The notes under the pieces were generated by a model. It ran no database searches. It was given only the letters and a program-made list of their open reading frames with translations, and had not been told where the DNA came from. 64,000 nucleotides of DNA from Alphaproteobacteria bacterium. Its GTDB lineage: Bacteria > Pseudomonadota > Alphaproteobacteria > GM7ARS4 > G965262615. Position numbers and translations under genes: made by a program. This document shows positions 10,797 to 21,084 of this stretch, piece by piece (the stretch's first letter is position 1; the number at the start of each line of letters is the position of its first letter). The stretch spans positions 192,001 to 256,000 of the forward strand of contig OZ253545.1 of NCBI GenBank assembly GCA_965262615.1. Direction: 5' to 3'.

Positions 10797-11105
10797 ATGA
10801 TTCGAACCCTGCTGATAGCCATCCTTGTTCCTGTGGGCATCGCCTTGCTGCGTCAGGTGGTGTATGAGCGGCTCGCCGCAGGCATGGCACAAAAAAGACG
10901 CAAACAGACGCGCTCACATGGCACATCCGCCATGACGCGCGAGGAAGCCCTTGCCACACTGGGAATCACCGATGCCCGCCCTTCCCATGAGGATATTGAT
11001 GCAGCATGGCGGCATCTCATGCGCGGTGTGCATCCCGATAGCGGCGGCAGCGCATTGCTCGCCCAGCGACTCAATGAGGCGCGCCACATTCTCAAAAACT
11101 CATGA
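10797..11105 (+). CDS. Small membrane-anchored J-domain protein
   Basis: N-terminal TM; MTREEALATLG...HPDSGGS...LNEAR J-domain signature. Confidence 0.85.
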   Translation: MIRTLLIAILVPVGIALLRQVVYERLAAGMAQKRRKQTRSHGTSAMTREEALATLGITDARPSHEDIDAAWRHLMRGVHPDSGGSALLAQRLNEARHILKNS

Positions 11106-12013
11106 CACACCCCCTGCGCCATCTCATTCTTCCGATGGCGGGCAGAGCCACCCGCCTCATGCCTCTCACCAAAGCGGTCAATAAGGCACTGCTGCCGGTT
11201 TATCATAAGCCGGTGTTGCAGTATGCTCTTGATGAGGCAAGCGTCACCGATCTTGACCAGCTGATTTTTGTCATCTCGCCCGAGGATCGCTCCATTGAAG
11301 ATTATTTTCGCCCCGATGATACCCTCATTGAAAAACTGCAAAGCCAACAAACCCCTCAAGCCAACGAGGCTCTGGCAGTGTTCGCCGCGCATGATTCGTG
11401 GCACTGCCATTATGTGCCTCAACCCCAGCCCACAGGCTTGGGAGATGCCGTGTTGCGCGGATGGCGGGCAGATGTCCCCCATGTCGCCGTGATTTTATCC
11501 GATGACCTGATTCTCACCGATGCCCAATCCCCTCTGCAAACAATGATGCAAGCCCATCACGCCACCAATGGCGCGATTATCTTGCTGTGCGAGGAGGTCT
11601 CCCTTGATGTGATTTCTCGCTACGGCGTGATTGCTCCTGCCGCCCATTCTCACGATGACCCGATTGCCGTCACCTCCCTTGAGGTGATTTCTCGCTACGG
11701 CGTGATTGCTCCCACCGCCCATTCTCACGATGACCTGATTGCCGTCACCTCCCTTGTGGAAAAACCCGTCCCCGCCGAAGCTCCCAGTCGCTTGGCGGTG
11801 ATTGGTCGGTATGTTTTGCCACGAGCGGTGCGGGATTGTTTGCAAAAAACGGAAGCGGGAGCGGGAGGGGAGATTCAGCTGACCGATGCCATCAATGATG
11901 CCATCGCTCACGGCACACCCGCCTTTGCCGTGACCCTTGAAGGAACGCGCTACGATTGCGGCTCTCTATCGGGATTGATGGCTGCCGCTCACGCCGTCCA
12001 ACAACAATCATGA
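11102..12013 (+). CDS. galU: UTP-glucose-1-phosphate uridylyltransferase
   Basis: PMAGRATRLMPLTKA, GLGDAVL, VEKP, GEIQLTDAI, RYDCGS. Confidence 0.92.
   Translation: MTHPLRHLILPMAGRATRLMPLTKAVNKALLPVYHKPVLQYALDEASVTDLDQLIFVISPEDRSIEDYFRPDDTLIEKLQSQQTPQANEALAVFAAHDSWHCHYVPQPQPTGLGDAVLRGWRADVPHVAVILSDDLILTDAQSPLQTMMQAHHATNGAIILLCEEVSLDVISRYGVIAPAAHSHDDPIAVTSLEVISRYGVIAPTAHSHDDLIAVTSLVEKPVPAEAPSRLAVIGRYVLPRAVRDCLQKTEAGAGGEIQLTDAINDAIAHGTPAFAVTLEGTRYDCGSLSGLMAAAHAVQQQS
11600..11755 (+). repeat. 75-bp in-frame tandem duplication inside galU
   Basis: 11600-11674 and 11675-11749 nearly identical, flanked by TCCCTT microhomology. Confidence 0.95.
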
Positions 12014-13401
12014 GCGCGCCCTTTCACCTGCCGCCTCACATCGTCCGCAGCTACGACATCAGGGGCATTGCGGAAACTGAGATCAACAATGACACCGCCA
12101 CCCATATCGGACGCGCCTTTGCCCATTGCGTCACCCAAAACGGCGGCTCGTGCATCACCGTGGGCTATGACGGCAGACATTCCTCACCATCGCTGGTGCA
12201 TCATTTTACCCAAGGCGTGCTGGATGGCGGCGTGGATGTCATCACCATCGGTCTGGGACCCTCGCCCATGCTGTATTACAGCGTTTATCATCTCAATGTG
12301 GATGGCGGCGTGATGGTGACGGCATCCCACAATCCCCCCGCCTACAATGGATTCAAATTCATGCTGGGAAAACAGAGTTTCTACGGCGAATCCTTGCAGC
12401 AATTGGCGCGTCTTTTGGCTCAAGGCTTGCCGGATGCAAAAAAACGAGGAACGCAGCGGCAGCATCCTCTGCAACAAGACTACGCCACCATGCTGGCGCG
12501 CCATGCGTGCGATGCCTCCTTCACCAGCGTGTGGGATGGTGGCAATGGCGCGGTGGGGTCGGTTCTGCCGCTTTTGTTGCCGCGCCTTGCGGGGCATCAT
12601 CATCCACTGCATGAGGCGGTGGATGGCGACTTTCCCAATCATCACCCCGACCCCACCGTCATTGAGAATATGCGTGATGTGATGGCGGCGGTGCGTCATC
12701 ACAGTGGCGATGTGGGCTTTGCCTTTGACGGTGATGGCGACCGCTTGGGAGTCGTCACAGGCAGTGGACGCATGATTCCGCACGATGCCCTTGCCGCACT
12801 GCTGGCACGAGGAGTGCTCAAGGAACGCGGCACAGGAATCATCCTTGCCGACATCAAGGCTGGATTTGTCGTGCGTCATGAGGTGGAGCGGTGCAATGGA
12901 ACACTAGAGCTCACCCCCAGCGGACACTCCATCATCAAGGAGCGATTGCATCAAACCCATGCCTTGTTTGCCGCCGAAATGAGCGGGCACATCTTTTTCA
13001 CCGACCCCTATTACGGATTTGATGATGCCCTCTATGCCGCCATCCGCTTTCTTCATCTTCTCCACAGTGAGCAAAAAACCAGCGATCAATTGCTGGACGA
13101 ATGTCTCACCACCCATCATTCCGGTGAGGTGCGTCTTGAATGTGATGGCGAGCAAAAACAACGCGCTCTTGCCTGCGCGCGCGACCAAGCTGAAAAATCT
13201 CGCGCCACCGTCTCCACCATAGACGGCATTCGTCTTGACGACTCGGATGGATGGTGGTTGCTGCGCGCCTCCAACACTCAAGATGTCCTCTCTGTGTGTG
13301 TGGAAGGCAAAACCAAACAGGCGTTTGACCATCATGCCGCTCAATTGCAACACATTCTTTCGCTCAGTGGCATTGCGCACGAGCCGTTTTCCTCCCGATG
13401 A
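12010..13401 (+). CDS. Phosphomannomutase/phosphoglucomutase (AlgC-like)
   Basis: YDIRG, TASHNP phosphoserine loop, FDGDGDR, EMSGH, RASNT. Confidence 0.95.
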   Translation: MSAPFHLPPHIVRSYDIRGIAETEINNDTATHIGRAFAHCVTQNGGSCITVGYDGRHSSPSLVHHFTQGVLDGGVDVITIGLGPSPMLYYSVYHLNVDGGVMVTASHNPPAYNGFKFMLGKQSFYGESLQQLARLLAQGLPDAKKRGTQRQHPLQQDYATMLARHACDASFTSVWDGGNGAVGSVLPLLLPRLAGHHHPLHEAVDGDFPNHHPDPTVIENMRDVMAAVRHHSGDVGFAFDGDGDRLGVVTGSGRMIPHDALAALLARGVLKERGTGIILADIKAGFVVRHEVERCNGTLELTPSGHSIIKERLHQTHALFAAEMSGHIFFTDPYYGFDDALYAAIRFLHLLHSEQKTSDQLLDECLTTHHSGEVRLECDGEQKQRALACARDQAEKSRATVSTIDGIRLDDSDGWWLLRASNTQDVLSVCVEGKTKQAFDHHAAQLQHILSLSGIAHEPFSSR

Positions 13402-14054
13402 CGAAAAAATCCGCCTCATCCAAACGCTGGCTGCAACGACAGCGTCGGGACATCTACACAAAAAAAGCCGTGCAACGCAATCTGCCCTCACGGGCTTCCT
13501 TCAAACTGACCGCCATCAATGACCAGTACCGATTGTTTGACCGTGCTCATCTCATCATAGAACTGGGAGCAAGCCCTGGCGGATGGTCTCATGTCATCAC
13601 GAATGCTCTGGCACGAAATGGTCATCTCATCGCCATTGATCGCCTTGCCATGCGTCATAGCTCGCCCCACATGACTTTTATTCACAGCGACATCACCGAT
13701 GACAATCTGCACGCCACAATCAAAACCATTTTGCACAATCGCAAAGCCGATGGCATCGTCTCCGACTTATCCCCCAACATCAGTGGCATCAGAGACAAGG
13801 ATCATGACGCACAAATGGTGCTGTGTCGCTTGGCACTTCATTGGGCTCGGCTGTATCTTGCTGAAAACGGCTTTCTTTTGACAAAAGTCACGCAAGGGGC
13901 TCAATTGGCGGCGTGGCTGGACGAATTGAAGGTTTGTTTTCGCCATCGGTGTCTCATCAAGCCCGCCGCCAGCCGTGCCGCATCGCGTGAGCAATATATG
14001 CTGGCGCGCGCCTTCACACCATCGGCAAAGCGTGGCAAAGTGGATGAATCATGA
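13398..14054 (+). CDS. rlmE: 23S rRNA Um2552 methyltransferase
   Basis: SRASFKL, ELGASPGGWS, SDLSPN, KPAASR. Confidence 0.93.
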   Translation: MTKKSASSKRWLQRQRRDIYTKKAVQRNLPSRASFKLTAINDQYRLFDRAHLIIELGASPGGWSHVITNALARNGHLIAIDRLAMRHSSPHMTFIHSDITDDNLHATIKTILHNRKADGIVSDLSPNISGIRDKDHDAQMVLCRLALHWARLYLAENGFLLTKVTQGAQLAAWLDELKVCFRHRCLIKPAASRAASREQYMLARAFTPSAKRGKVDES

Positions 14055-15250
14055 CGAAACCCTCCTCACACAAACTCAGCACCATCGCTGTTCATGGCGG
14101 ACAGCACCGCTCCCCCTTCATGGAAACCAGCGAAGCGTTGTTTTTGACTTCAGGCTATGTCTATGATTCCGCTCAACAAGCCGAGGATGCCTTCAAAGAA
14201 AAAGACCCTCGCTACATCTATTCTCGCTTTGGCAATCCCACGGTGCGTATGTTTGAAGAAAAAATGGCGTTGCTGGGTGGCTCTGAAGACTGCTGGGCGA
14301 CCGCCAGTGGCATGGCGGCGGTGTTTGCCAGTCTGATGTGTCAATTACAAGCGGGCAATCGCGTGGTGGCGGCGCGGGAGCTCTTTGGCTCGTGTGATTA
14401 CATCATTCGCACCCTGCTGCCCGCCTATGGCATCACCAGCGAACTGGTGGCGGGGCATGATATGGCGGCATGGAAAAAAGCTCTCGCGCAAAAGACCGAC
14501 GCGGTGTTTTTTGAAACCCCCTCCAACCCAACCCTGTCGCTGGTGGATATGGAGCAGGTGAGTCGCCTCGCCCATGATGCCGGGGCGATGGTGATTGTGG
14601 ATAATGTCTTTGCCTCATCGGCTCTGCAAAATCCCTTTGCGCACGGCGCAGACATCGTGGTCTATTCCACCACCAAACACATTGACGGACAAGGACGCTG
14701 CCTCGGCGGCGCAATCTTGGCAACCAAAGAATTCTGCCAAACCAAAATCAAACCCTTCATTCGCAACACGGGACCCTCCATGAGCCCCTTCAATGCCTGG
14801 GTCATGACCAAATCCCTTGAGACTCTTGCCTTGCGGGTGGAAAAAGCCAGCCACACCGCCGCCGCCATCGCCGACCAGTTGGCGCGCCATCCCGCCATCA
14901 CCACCATCTATCCTCATCATCCGTCTCATCCTCAATACCAGCTGGCACAAAAACAAATGAGCATGGGCTCAACCCTCATTTCTTTTGAGTTCAAGCCGCC
15001 TTTGTGTCACAAGCAAGCTGCCTACGCTTTTCTCAATGAGCTCTCTGTCATCCTCATCTCCAACAATCTTGGCGACTCCCGTTCCCTTGCGGTTCATCCT
15101 GCCACCACCACCCATCATCGCCTGTCGCAACAAGACAGGGACGCTCTTGGCATCTCCGATGGACTCATCCGCCTCTCCATCGGCTTGGAAGATGGCGATG
15201 ATTTGCTGGACGATATCAATCAAGCTCTCGCCAAAGCCACACAAAAGTGA
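14051..15250 (+). CDS. metZ: O-succinylhomoserine sulfhydrylase
   Basis: ETSEALFLTSGYVY, YSRFGNPT, YSTTKHIDGQGR, ISNNLGD. Confidence 0.93.
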   Translation: MTKPSSHKLSTIAVHGGQHRSPFMETSEALFLTSGYVYDSAQQAEDAFKEKDPRYIYSRFGNPTVRMFEEKMALLGGSEDCWATASGMAAVFASLMCQLQAGNRVVAARELFGSCDYIIRTLLPAYGITSELVAGHDMAAWKKALAQKTDAVFFETPSNPTLSLVDMEQVSRLAHDAGAMVIVDNVFASSALQNPFAHGADIVVYSTTKHIDGQGRCLGGAILATKEFCQTKIKPFIRNTGPSMSPFNAWVMTKSLETLALRVEKASHTAAAIADQLARHPAITTIYPHHPSHPQYQLAQKQMSMGSTLISFEFKPPLCHKQAAYAFLNELSVILISNNLGDSRSLAVHPATTTHHRLSQQDRDALGISDGLIRLSIGLEDGDDLLDDINQALAKATQK

Positions 15251-15262
15251 TACAAAGACATC

Positions 15263-15661
15263 ATGATGGTCTATGAGAAAGAAACCAACGCAATCAAAGT
15301 CAGCGTCAGCCCCGTCTATCTTGAGGATGAGTCGGATCCCATTGACCATCACTATGTCTGGGCCTATCATGTGCGCATTGAGAACACCGGCAAAGAGACG
15401 GTGCAACTGATGAGCCGCACATGGAACATCACCGATGGACAAGGACGCATGCGAGAAATCAAGGGGGCAGGCGTTGTCGGTGAGCAACCCGTCTTGAAAC
15501 CGGGGGACAGCTTTGAATACACCAGTGGCACGCCTCTCATCACCGCCTCTGGATACATGGACGGCTGCTATCACATGGTGACAAAAAAGGGCAAACGCCT
15601 TGAGGTGAGCATCCCCGGATTCTTTCTGGAGAGCAATGAGCCCGCCCAATGGCTCCATTGA
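15263..15661 (+). CDS. apaG: ApaG protein
   Basis: YVWAY, QLMSRTWNITD, GAGVVGEQP, FEYTSGTPL. Confidence 0.95.
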   Translation: MMVYEKETNAIKVSVSPVYLEDESDPIDHHYVWAYHVRIENTGKETVQLMSRTWNITDGQGRMREIKGAGVVGEQPVLKPGDSFEYTSGTPLITASGYMDGCYHMVTKKGKRLEVSIPGFFLESNEPAQWLH

Positions 15662-15662
15662 T

Positions 15663-16322
15663 ATGGCGAAACCCTCCCAACCCTCTCGCGAAAAAATGCT
15701 TCCGCCTGATCGCGGCGTTGATACGGCGCGCAAACCCTCCCAACCCTCTCGCGATGAGGCACTAAAAGCCGTCCGCACCCTGCTGGCGTGGATCGGCGAA
15801 GATCCCACGCGCGAAGGACTCGTAGAAACCCCCCGCCGAGTGGTGGATGCCTTCACCGAATACACCGAAGGATTGCGTCAAGATCCTCGCAGTGTCCTCA
15901 CCACCACCTTTGGGGAGGTGAACGACTATGATGAAATCATCGTACTGCGCGATATTCGCTTTCATTCGCTGTGCGAACACCATCTTGCGCCTGTGACCGG
16001 GTATGCCCACATCGGCTACATTCCGCAAAAGCGCGTGGTGGGCATCAGCAAACTGGCGCGCCTTGTGGATGTTTTTGCCCGCCGCCCCCAAGTGCAAGAA
16101 CGACTCACCGCCGATATTGCAAAAACCATCAACGAAATCCTCAAACCCAAAGGAGTCGCCGTGGTGGTGGAGGCAACACACCACTGTATGGTCTCGCGAG
16201 GAATCAAGAAGCCTGGCACTTCTATGGTGACCAGTCAGATGCTGGGATTGTTTCGTGATAATCTTGCCACCCGTGAAGAATTTTTATCACTTATGCGCCA
16301 ACGGACGGCAACCAACGATTGA
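15663..16322 (+). CDS. folE: GTP cyclohydrolase I
   Basis: REGLVETPRRV, CEHH, GISKLAR, QVQERLT, HHCMVSRG. Confidence 0.96.
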   Translation: MAKPSQPSREKMLPPDRGVDTARKPSQPSRDEALKAVRTLLAWIGEDPTREGLVETPRRVVDAFTEYTEGLRQDPRSVLTTTFGEVNDYDEIIVLRDIRFHSLCEHHLAPVTGYAHIGYIPQKRVVGISKLARLVDVFARRPQVQERLTADIAKTINEILKPKGVAVVVEATHHCMVSRGIKKPGTSMVTSQMLGLFRDNLATREEFLSLMRQRTATND

Positions 16323-16328
16323 TGATCA

Positions 16329-17759
16329 ATGAATGGGCGTCCCATTCTCTACCTGTGTGGCATTGTGCTGACGGCGTTGGCGGTGCTCATGGTGCCGCCA
16401 TTACTAATTGATTTATTAGACCAATCCGCCGATTGGCGCGCATTTCTCGTTACCATTTTTTTCTCTTTGACATTGGGCATGAGTCTGATTCTCATCAATC
16501 GCGATCCGCAATTTGTCATTAGTCCCCGAGAAGCCTTTGTCATGACCACCGCCAGCTGGTGTCTGGCGGCGGCGGTGTCATCTGTGCCCTTTATGCTCAC
16601 GGCGAGTCAGCTGTCTCTCACCGATGCCTTTTTTGAAGCCACATCAGGAATCACCACCACCGGCTCTACCGTCATGACCAATCTTGATGACACCAGCCGC
16701 GGCATTCTGCTGTGGCGCGCCTTGTTGCAATGGATTGGCGGCATCGGATTTATCGTGGTTGCCATTGCCATCCTGCCGTTTTTGAAGGTGGGAGGCATGC
16801 AGCTGTTCAGTCTGGCTTCCTCTGACCACAGTGATAAAATCATGCCGCGTGCGGTCACCATCGCGACGCAACTGGCGTTGCTCTACGGATTTTTAACCTT
16901 GCTCTGTGGCATTGCCTTGTGGCTCTCTGCCATGCCCGGTTTTGATTGCGTCATTCACGCCATGACCACCATCGCCACAGGCGGATTTTCCAGTCATGAC
17001 GATTCCATCGCCTTTTTTCAAAATCCGCACGCCGAAATCATCATCATGGTCTTCATGATTGTCAGTTCCCTTCCCTTTCTCATGTATCTCAATTGCATCA
17101 AACAGGGCATGGCACCATTTTGGCGCGACGGACAAGCCGTCTCCTTCCTTTTGCTCAGCTGTCTGGCGGTCATCACCGTCATTGTGTTACGCAGTGACGA
17201 CCTTGAATCGTGGCGCATGACGGCATTTAACACCATCTCCTTTCTCACGGGAACGGGATATGTCACGGGCGACATCAGCCACTGGAATGATGCCATGGTG
17301 ATTTTGCTCTTTTGTTTGATGCTCATCGGCGGCTGTGCTGGCTCTACCACCTGTGGCATTAAAATGTTCCGCTTGCAGATTATTCGCCGCCAGACAAAAT
17401 CGCTGCTGCAAGGATTGATTCAACCTCACGGGGTTTTCGTGCCGCGCTATCAAGGACGCGCCCTGCCGGATGACATCACCCAATCGGTTTTGGGGTTTGT
17501 GTTTTTGTTTTTTATGTCCTTTGCCGTCTTGGCGTTTTCTCTGGGGGCGGTGGGATTGGACTTTCAATCCAGCATGACCGCCGCCGCCACCGCCATCGCC
17601 AATGTGGGTCCCGCCTTGGGAGAGAGCTTGGGACCTTACGATCATTTCGCCAATCTTCCCACCAGTGCCAAATGGCTCATGAGCGCAGGCATGATTCTCG
17701 GACGCCTTGAGCTCTACACCGTCATTGTGCTACTGATGCCGCGCTTCTGGCGATATTAA
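16329..17759 (+). CDS. trkH: Trk potassium uptake membrane protein
   Basis: FFEATSGITTTG, QWIGGIG, ATGGFS, GGCAGST.GIK, GRLE. Confidence 0.95.
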   Translation: MNGRPILYLCGIVLTALAVLMVPPLLIDLLDQSADWRAFLVTIFFSLTLGMSLILINRDPQFVISPREAFVMTTASWCLAAAVSSVPFMLTASQLSLTDAFFEATSGITTTGSTVMTNLDDTSRGILLWRALLQWIGGIGFIVVAIAILPFLKVGGMQLFSLASSDHSDKIMPRAVTIATQLALLYGFLTLLCGIALWLSAMPGFDCVIHAMTTIATGGFSSHDDSIAFFQNPHAEIIIMVFMIVSSLPFLMYLNCIKQGMAPFWRDGQAVSFLLLSCLAVITVIVLRSDDLESWRMTAFNTISFLTGTGYVTGDISHWNDAMVILLFCLMLIGGCAGSTTCGIKMFRLQIIRRQTKSLLQGLIQPHGVFVPRYQGRALPDDITQSVLGFVFLFFMSFAVLAFSLGAVGLDFQSSMTAAATAIANVGPALGESLGPYDHFANLPTSAKWLMSAGMILGRLELYTVIVLLMPRFWRY

Positions 17760-18656
17760 GTTCAAACACCACGCAAGAATTGCCTTTTGCACATGCAAGC
17801 GATTGGTGCTGCACTCCCACACCAATGATTGTTCCCCATCAATGACTTCATCGGTCACCTCACGCCCGCGCGTGGCGGGCAGGCAATGCAAAAACACCCC
17901 ATCCTTATGAGCCAATGCCATGAGATTCGTGGTGACGGCAAAATCACCCAACAGATTCTCGCGTTTGGATGCATCATCGGTGTTCATGGATTTCCATGTA
18001 TCGGTCATGACGGCATACGCGCCATCCACAGCATCGGACGCATTGTCATAAAAAGTGACACGACCGCCCCCATTGCGCACCTCATCCACAAAGGCATCGT
18101 TCGGACGCAATGAAGAAGGACACCCCACACGCAACTGACATCCCTCATAGCGACTCGCCCACATCCATGACCGAGTCACATTGTTAAAATCACCCACCCA
18201 AGCGATGGGCATGTCCTTGAGAGAAGAAAAACGCTTCTGCAGAGTCATCATGTCCGCCATCACCTGACAGGGATGACAGTCGCTGGTGAGACCATTGATG
18301 ACAGGAACGCTCGCCACCTCCGCCGCCGCCTCCAAATCCGATTGTGATGGACAGCGCACCATCATCACATCCACATAGCCACCGAGCACCCGAATGGTGT
18401 CATGCAGTGTCTCGCCGCGTCCCATCTGACTGGAGCCACCATCCATCGTCACCGTCATGCCGCCCATCTGCTGCATGGCAAGATCAAACGACAGACGCGT
18501 GCGCGTGGAAGGATTATGAAACACCATCGCCAAACCACGACCCAGGCACAATGAAGACACATCATCAGGTGGGCGTGACTTCCACTCATGAGCCGTCCGC
18601 AAAATGGTGAGAGCCGTGTCGGTATCAATATTCTGTAGTTTCAAAAAGTGTCGCAT
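17730..18656 (-). CDS. argF: Ornithine carbamoyltransferase
   Basis: STRTRLSF, HPCQ, TDTW.SM, HCLPATRG. Confidence 0.95.
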   Translation of the reverse strand: MRHFLKLQNIDTDTALTILRTAHEWKSRPPDDVSSLCLGRGLAMVFHNPSTRTRLSFDLAMQQMGGMTVTMDGGSSQMGRGETLHDTIRVLGGYVDVMMVRCPSQSDLEAAAEVASVPVINGLTSDCHPCQVMADMMTLQKRFSSLKDMPIAWVGDFNNVTRSWMWASRYEGCQLRVGCPSSLRPNDAFVDEVRNGGGRVTFYDNASDAVDGAYAVMTDTWKSMNTDDASKRENLLGDFAVTTNLMALAHKDGVFLHCLPATRGREVTDEVIDGEQSLVWECSTNRLHVQKAILAWCLNLISPEARHQ

Positions 18657-19825
18657 ACCCGCTCCATCGCGCCAATGCACTCGGAAATGTGATTCTCTTC
18701 CACAATGAGTGGCGGCAGCAAACGAATGACATTGCCGCGCGCCCCCACCGTCAAAATGCCTTGTTCGCGCAACGCGGCGATAAAATCATCGCGTCTGTCG
18801 GCAATCTCCACGCCCAGCATCAAGCCTTTGCCGCGCACATCGTTGATGGCATGAGAATACCGCCGTGCCACATCCTCTAGTTTCTGCCTAAAAAGCTCGC
18901 CCATCTGATTGACGCTTTCAAGGAATGATTCTTGGGTCACCACCTCAAGCAGTTGTTTGGCGACCGCCATCGCCAGTGGATTGCCACCAAAAGTTGAGCC
19001 ATGAGAGCCGCGCGTCATGACTTGTGCCACCTCGTGCGTTGCCAGACACGCTCCCACAGGGAAACCGCCTCCCAATCCCTTCGCGGTGGCAACAATGTCG
19101 GGCATCACACCGCTCCACTGATGGTGAAACAGGCGACCGCATCGTCCCATGCCGCACTGCACCTCATCCAAAAACAACAGTGCGCCCACATCATGCGCCA
19201 AATCTCTGACAAAGCTCATATCGTCATCGGTCATCACATGAATACCGCCTTCCCCTTGCACGGGTTCTAGTAAAATCGCCGCCGTCTGCTGTGATACCAC
19301 GCGCCGCAAGCCTTCCCAATCGCGCAAACGCACATGGTCAAAGCCCGGCAAGGCGGGAGCAAATCCATCCAACATGCCACTGAGCGCGCCCGATGCGCTG
19401 ATGGCGGTCATGCTTCTGCCGTGAAACGCCCCATCAAAACACACAATGCGCTGACGATGCCCATCGCCTCGCTGTTGATGGTATCGGCGCGCCATTTTCA
19501 CCCCCATCTCCACCGCTTCAGTTCCCGAATTGCAAAAAAATGCATGGTCGGCAAAACAATGCGTCACCAACAAGCTCGCCACCGCCTCTTGAATGCCGTG
19601 TGAGAATAAATTGGAAATATGCCACAGTTTTTCCGCCTGCTCACGCAATGCCGCCACCAACAACGGATGGGCATGACCCAACGCATTCACCCCAATGCCG
19701 GAGGTGAAATCCAAAAACCGCCGTCCTTTGTCGTCATACAGATACACCCCCTCCCCCCGCACAAAGCGATGAGGCGGAAAATTATACAACGGAAAAAGAG
19801 GCGAATCCTTCATCATGATACTCAT
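18641..19825 (-). CDS. argD: Acetylornithine aminotransferase
   Basis: NSGTEA, FHGRS, EPVQGEGG, DEVQCGMGR, AKGLGGG; upstream of argF. Confidence 0.93.
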   Translation of the reverse strand: MSIMMKDSPLFPLYNFPPHRFVRGEGVYLYDDKGRRFLDFTSGIGVNALGHAHPLLVAALREQAEKLWHISNLFSHGIQEAVASLLVTHCFADHAFFCNSGTEAVEMGVKMARRYHQQRGDGHRQRIVCFDGAFHGRSMTAISASGALSGMLDGFAPALPGFDHVRLRDWEGLRRVVSQQTAAILLEPVQGEGGIHVMTDDDMSFVRDLAHDVGALLFLDEVQCGMGRCGRLFHHQWSGVMPDIVATAKGLGGGFPVGACLATHEVAQVMTRGSHGSTFGGNPLAMAVAKQLLEVVTQESFLESVNQMGELFRQKLEDVARRYSHAINDVRGKGLMLGVEIADRRDDFIAALREQGILTVGARGNVIRLLPPLIVEENHISECIGAMERVCDTF

Positions 19826-19861
19826 TGAAAGAGAGACAACTACCCATAGTTATCCATCAGG

Positions 19862-20683
19862 TCAAGACTGCACCCGCACGCCATAAAACAACAGCAACCA
19901 ACAACACACCACCAAGATGATGTTAATCGTCAACACAAACACAATGCCAAAGGACAGAAAATCCCCGCCAACCCCCAAAACGCCATAGCGAAAGCCATCA
20001 ATCAGATAAAAAAACGGGTTGTATGATGACAACACCTGCAACCACGGCGGCAATTGCTCAATGCTGTAAAATGTGCCCGACAGAAAGGCAAGAGGCGTGA
20101 TGACAAAATTATTCAATCCCGCAATGTGGTCAAATTTTTCGGCTAAAATGCCTCCCAACAAACCGAACAGCCCCAACATCAATGATGCCGATGCGCCGTA
20201 ATAAATCACCAGCCACCAATTGGCAACGGACAGCGGCAGCACCCACGACATCGCCCATCCCACGCTCACCAACACCACCAAGCCGCGCGTCAATGACCCC
20301 AACGCATAGCCGCAGGTCAGTTCAAACGGTGTCAGCGGCGGCATGATGACATCCACAATGCTTCCCTGAACTTTGGCAATCACGATGGAAAACGAGCTGT
20401 TCATAAAGGCATTTTGCATGATCGCCAGCATCACCAATCCGGGTGCGATGAATTGATCGTAAGAGACCGCCAAATCGTCACGCCGCAAGCCACCTATTGC
20501 CAAATCAAACACCGCCAGAAAAAGCAAACTGGTCACCACGGGCGCAACGATGGATTGACTGGGAATACTCAAAAAGCGCATGACTTCTTTGAGATAAAAG
20601 CTCCACAATCCGTAATAGTTCGCCCGTTTGAAAGTTTTTGTTTGGCTATCGCTTGGTGGTTTTTTACGATACGATGGCATCAT
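19862..20683 (-). CDS. ABC-2 type transporter permease (YadH-like)
   Basis: Six TM segments; APGLVM, FLSGTFY, NPFFYLIDGFRYG. Confidence 0.9.
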   Translation of the reverse strand: MMPSYRKKPPSDSQTKTFKRANYYGLWSFYLKEVMRFLSIPSQSIVAPVVTSLLFLAVFDLAIGGLRRDDLAVSYDQFIAPGLVMLAIMQNAFMNSSFSIVIAKVQGSIVDVIMPPLTPFELTCGYALGSLTRGLVVLVSVGWAMSWVLPLSVANWWLVIYYGASASLMLGLFGLLGGILAEKFDHIAGLNNFVITPLAFLSGTFYSIEQLPPWLQVLSSYNPFFYLIDGFRYGVLGVGGDFLSFGIVFVLTINIILVVCCWLLLFYGVRVQS

Positions 20684-20957
20684 GAGTGTTCATCCTTTGC
20701 AGACGGCGATTGAGGCGTGTTTGCGCCGTTGTTTTGTTCCCCGTCACTTGACGGTGCGGGATATATCGGACAGCCATCGCGGTCATGCTGGCTGGCGAGA
20801 GGGCGGCGGCACTCATTTTGCCATTGAGATGCACTCGTCTCGTTTTGTGGGGCAGTCTCGCGTGCGCTGCCATCGGATGGTTCATGAGTCGCTGTCTGAG
20901 GCGGGGCTGTTGTCTCGTATTCACGCGCTGACCCTTTCTCTGCACGGCGACTTCTAA
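20682..20957 (+). CDS. bolA: BolA family protein
   Basis: SHRGHAG...THF...F.GQSRVRCHRMV...IHALTL. Confidence 0.92.
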   Translation: MSVHPLQTAIEACLRRCFVPRHLTVRDISDSHRGHAGWREGGGTHFAIEMHSSRFVGQSRVRCHRMVHESLSEAGLLSRIHALTLSLHGDF

Positions 20958-20958
20958 G

Positions 20959-21030
20959 AGCGGGAGACGAGATTTGAACTCGCGACCCTCACGTTGGCAA
21001 CGTGATGCTCTACCCCTGAGCTACTCCCGC
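20959..21030 (-). tRNA. tRNA-Gly(GCC)
   Basis: Reverse complement GCGGGAGTAGCTCAG...CACGT-TGCCAA-CGTG...GTTCAAATC...CTCCCGC; CCA not encoded. Confidence 0.96.
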
Positions 21031-21084
21031 ATAACGCCACTCTAACTCATCAAGGTTGATTTGCCAAGATGATGTGAGAGGTCT

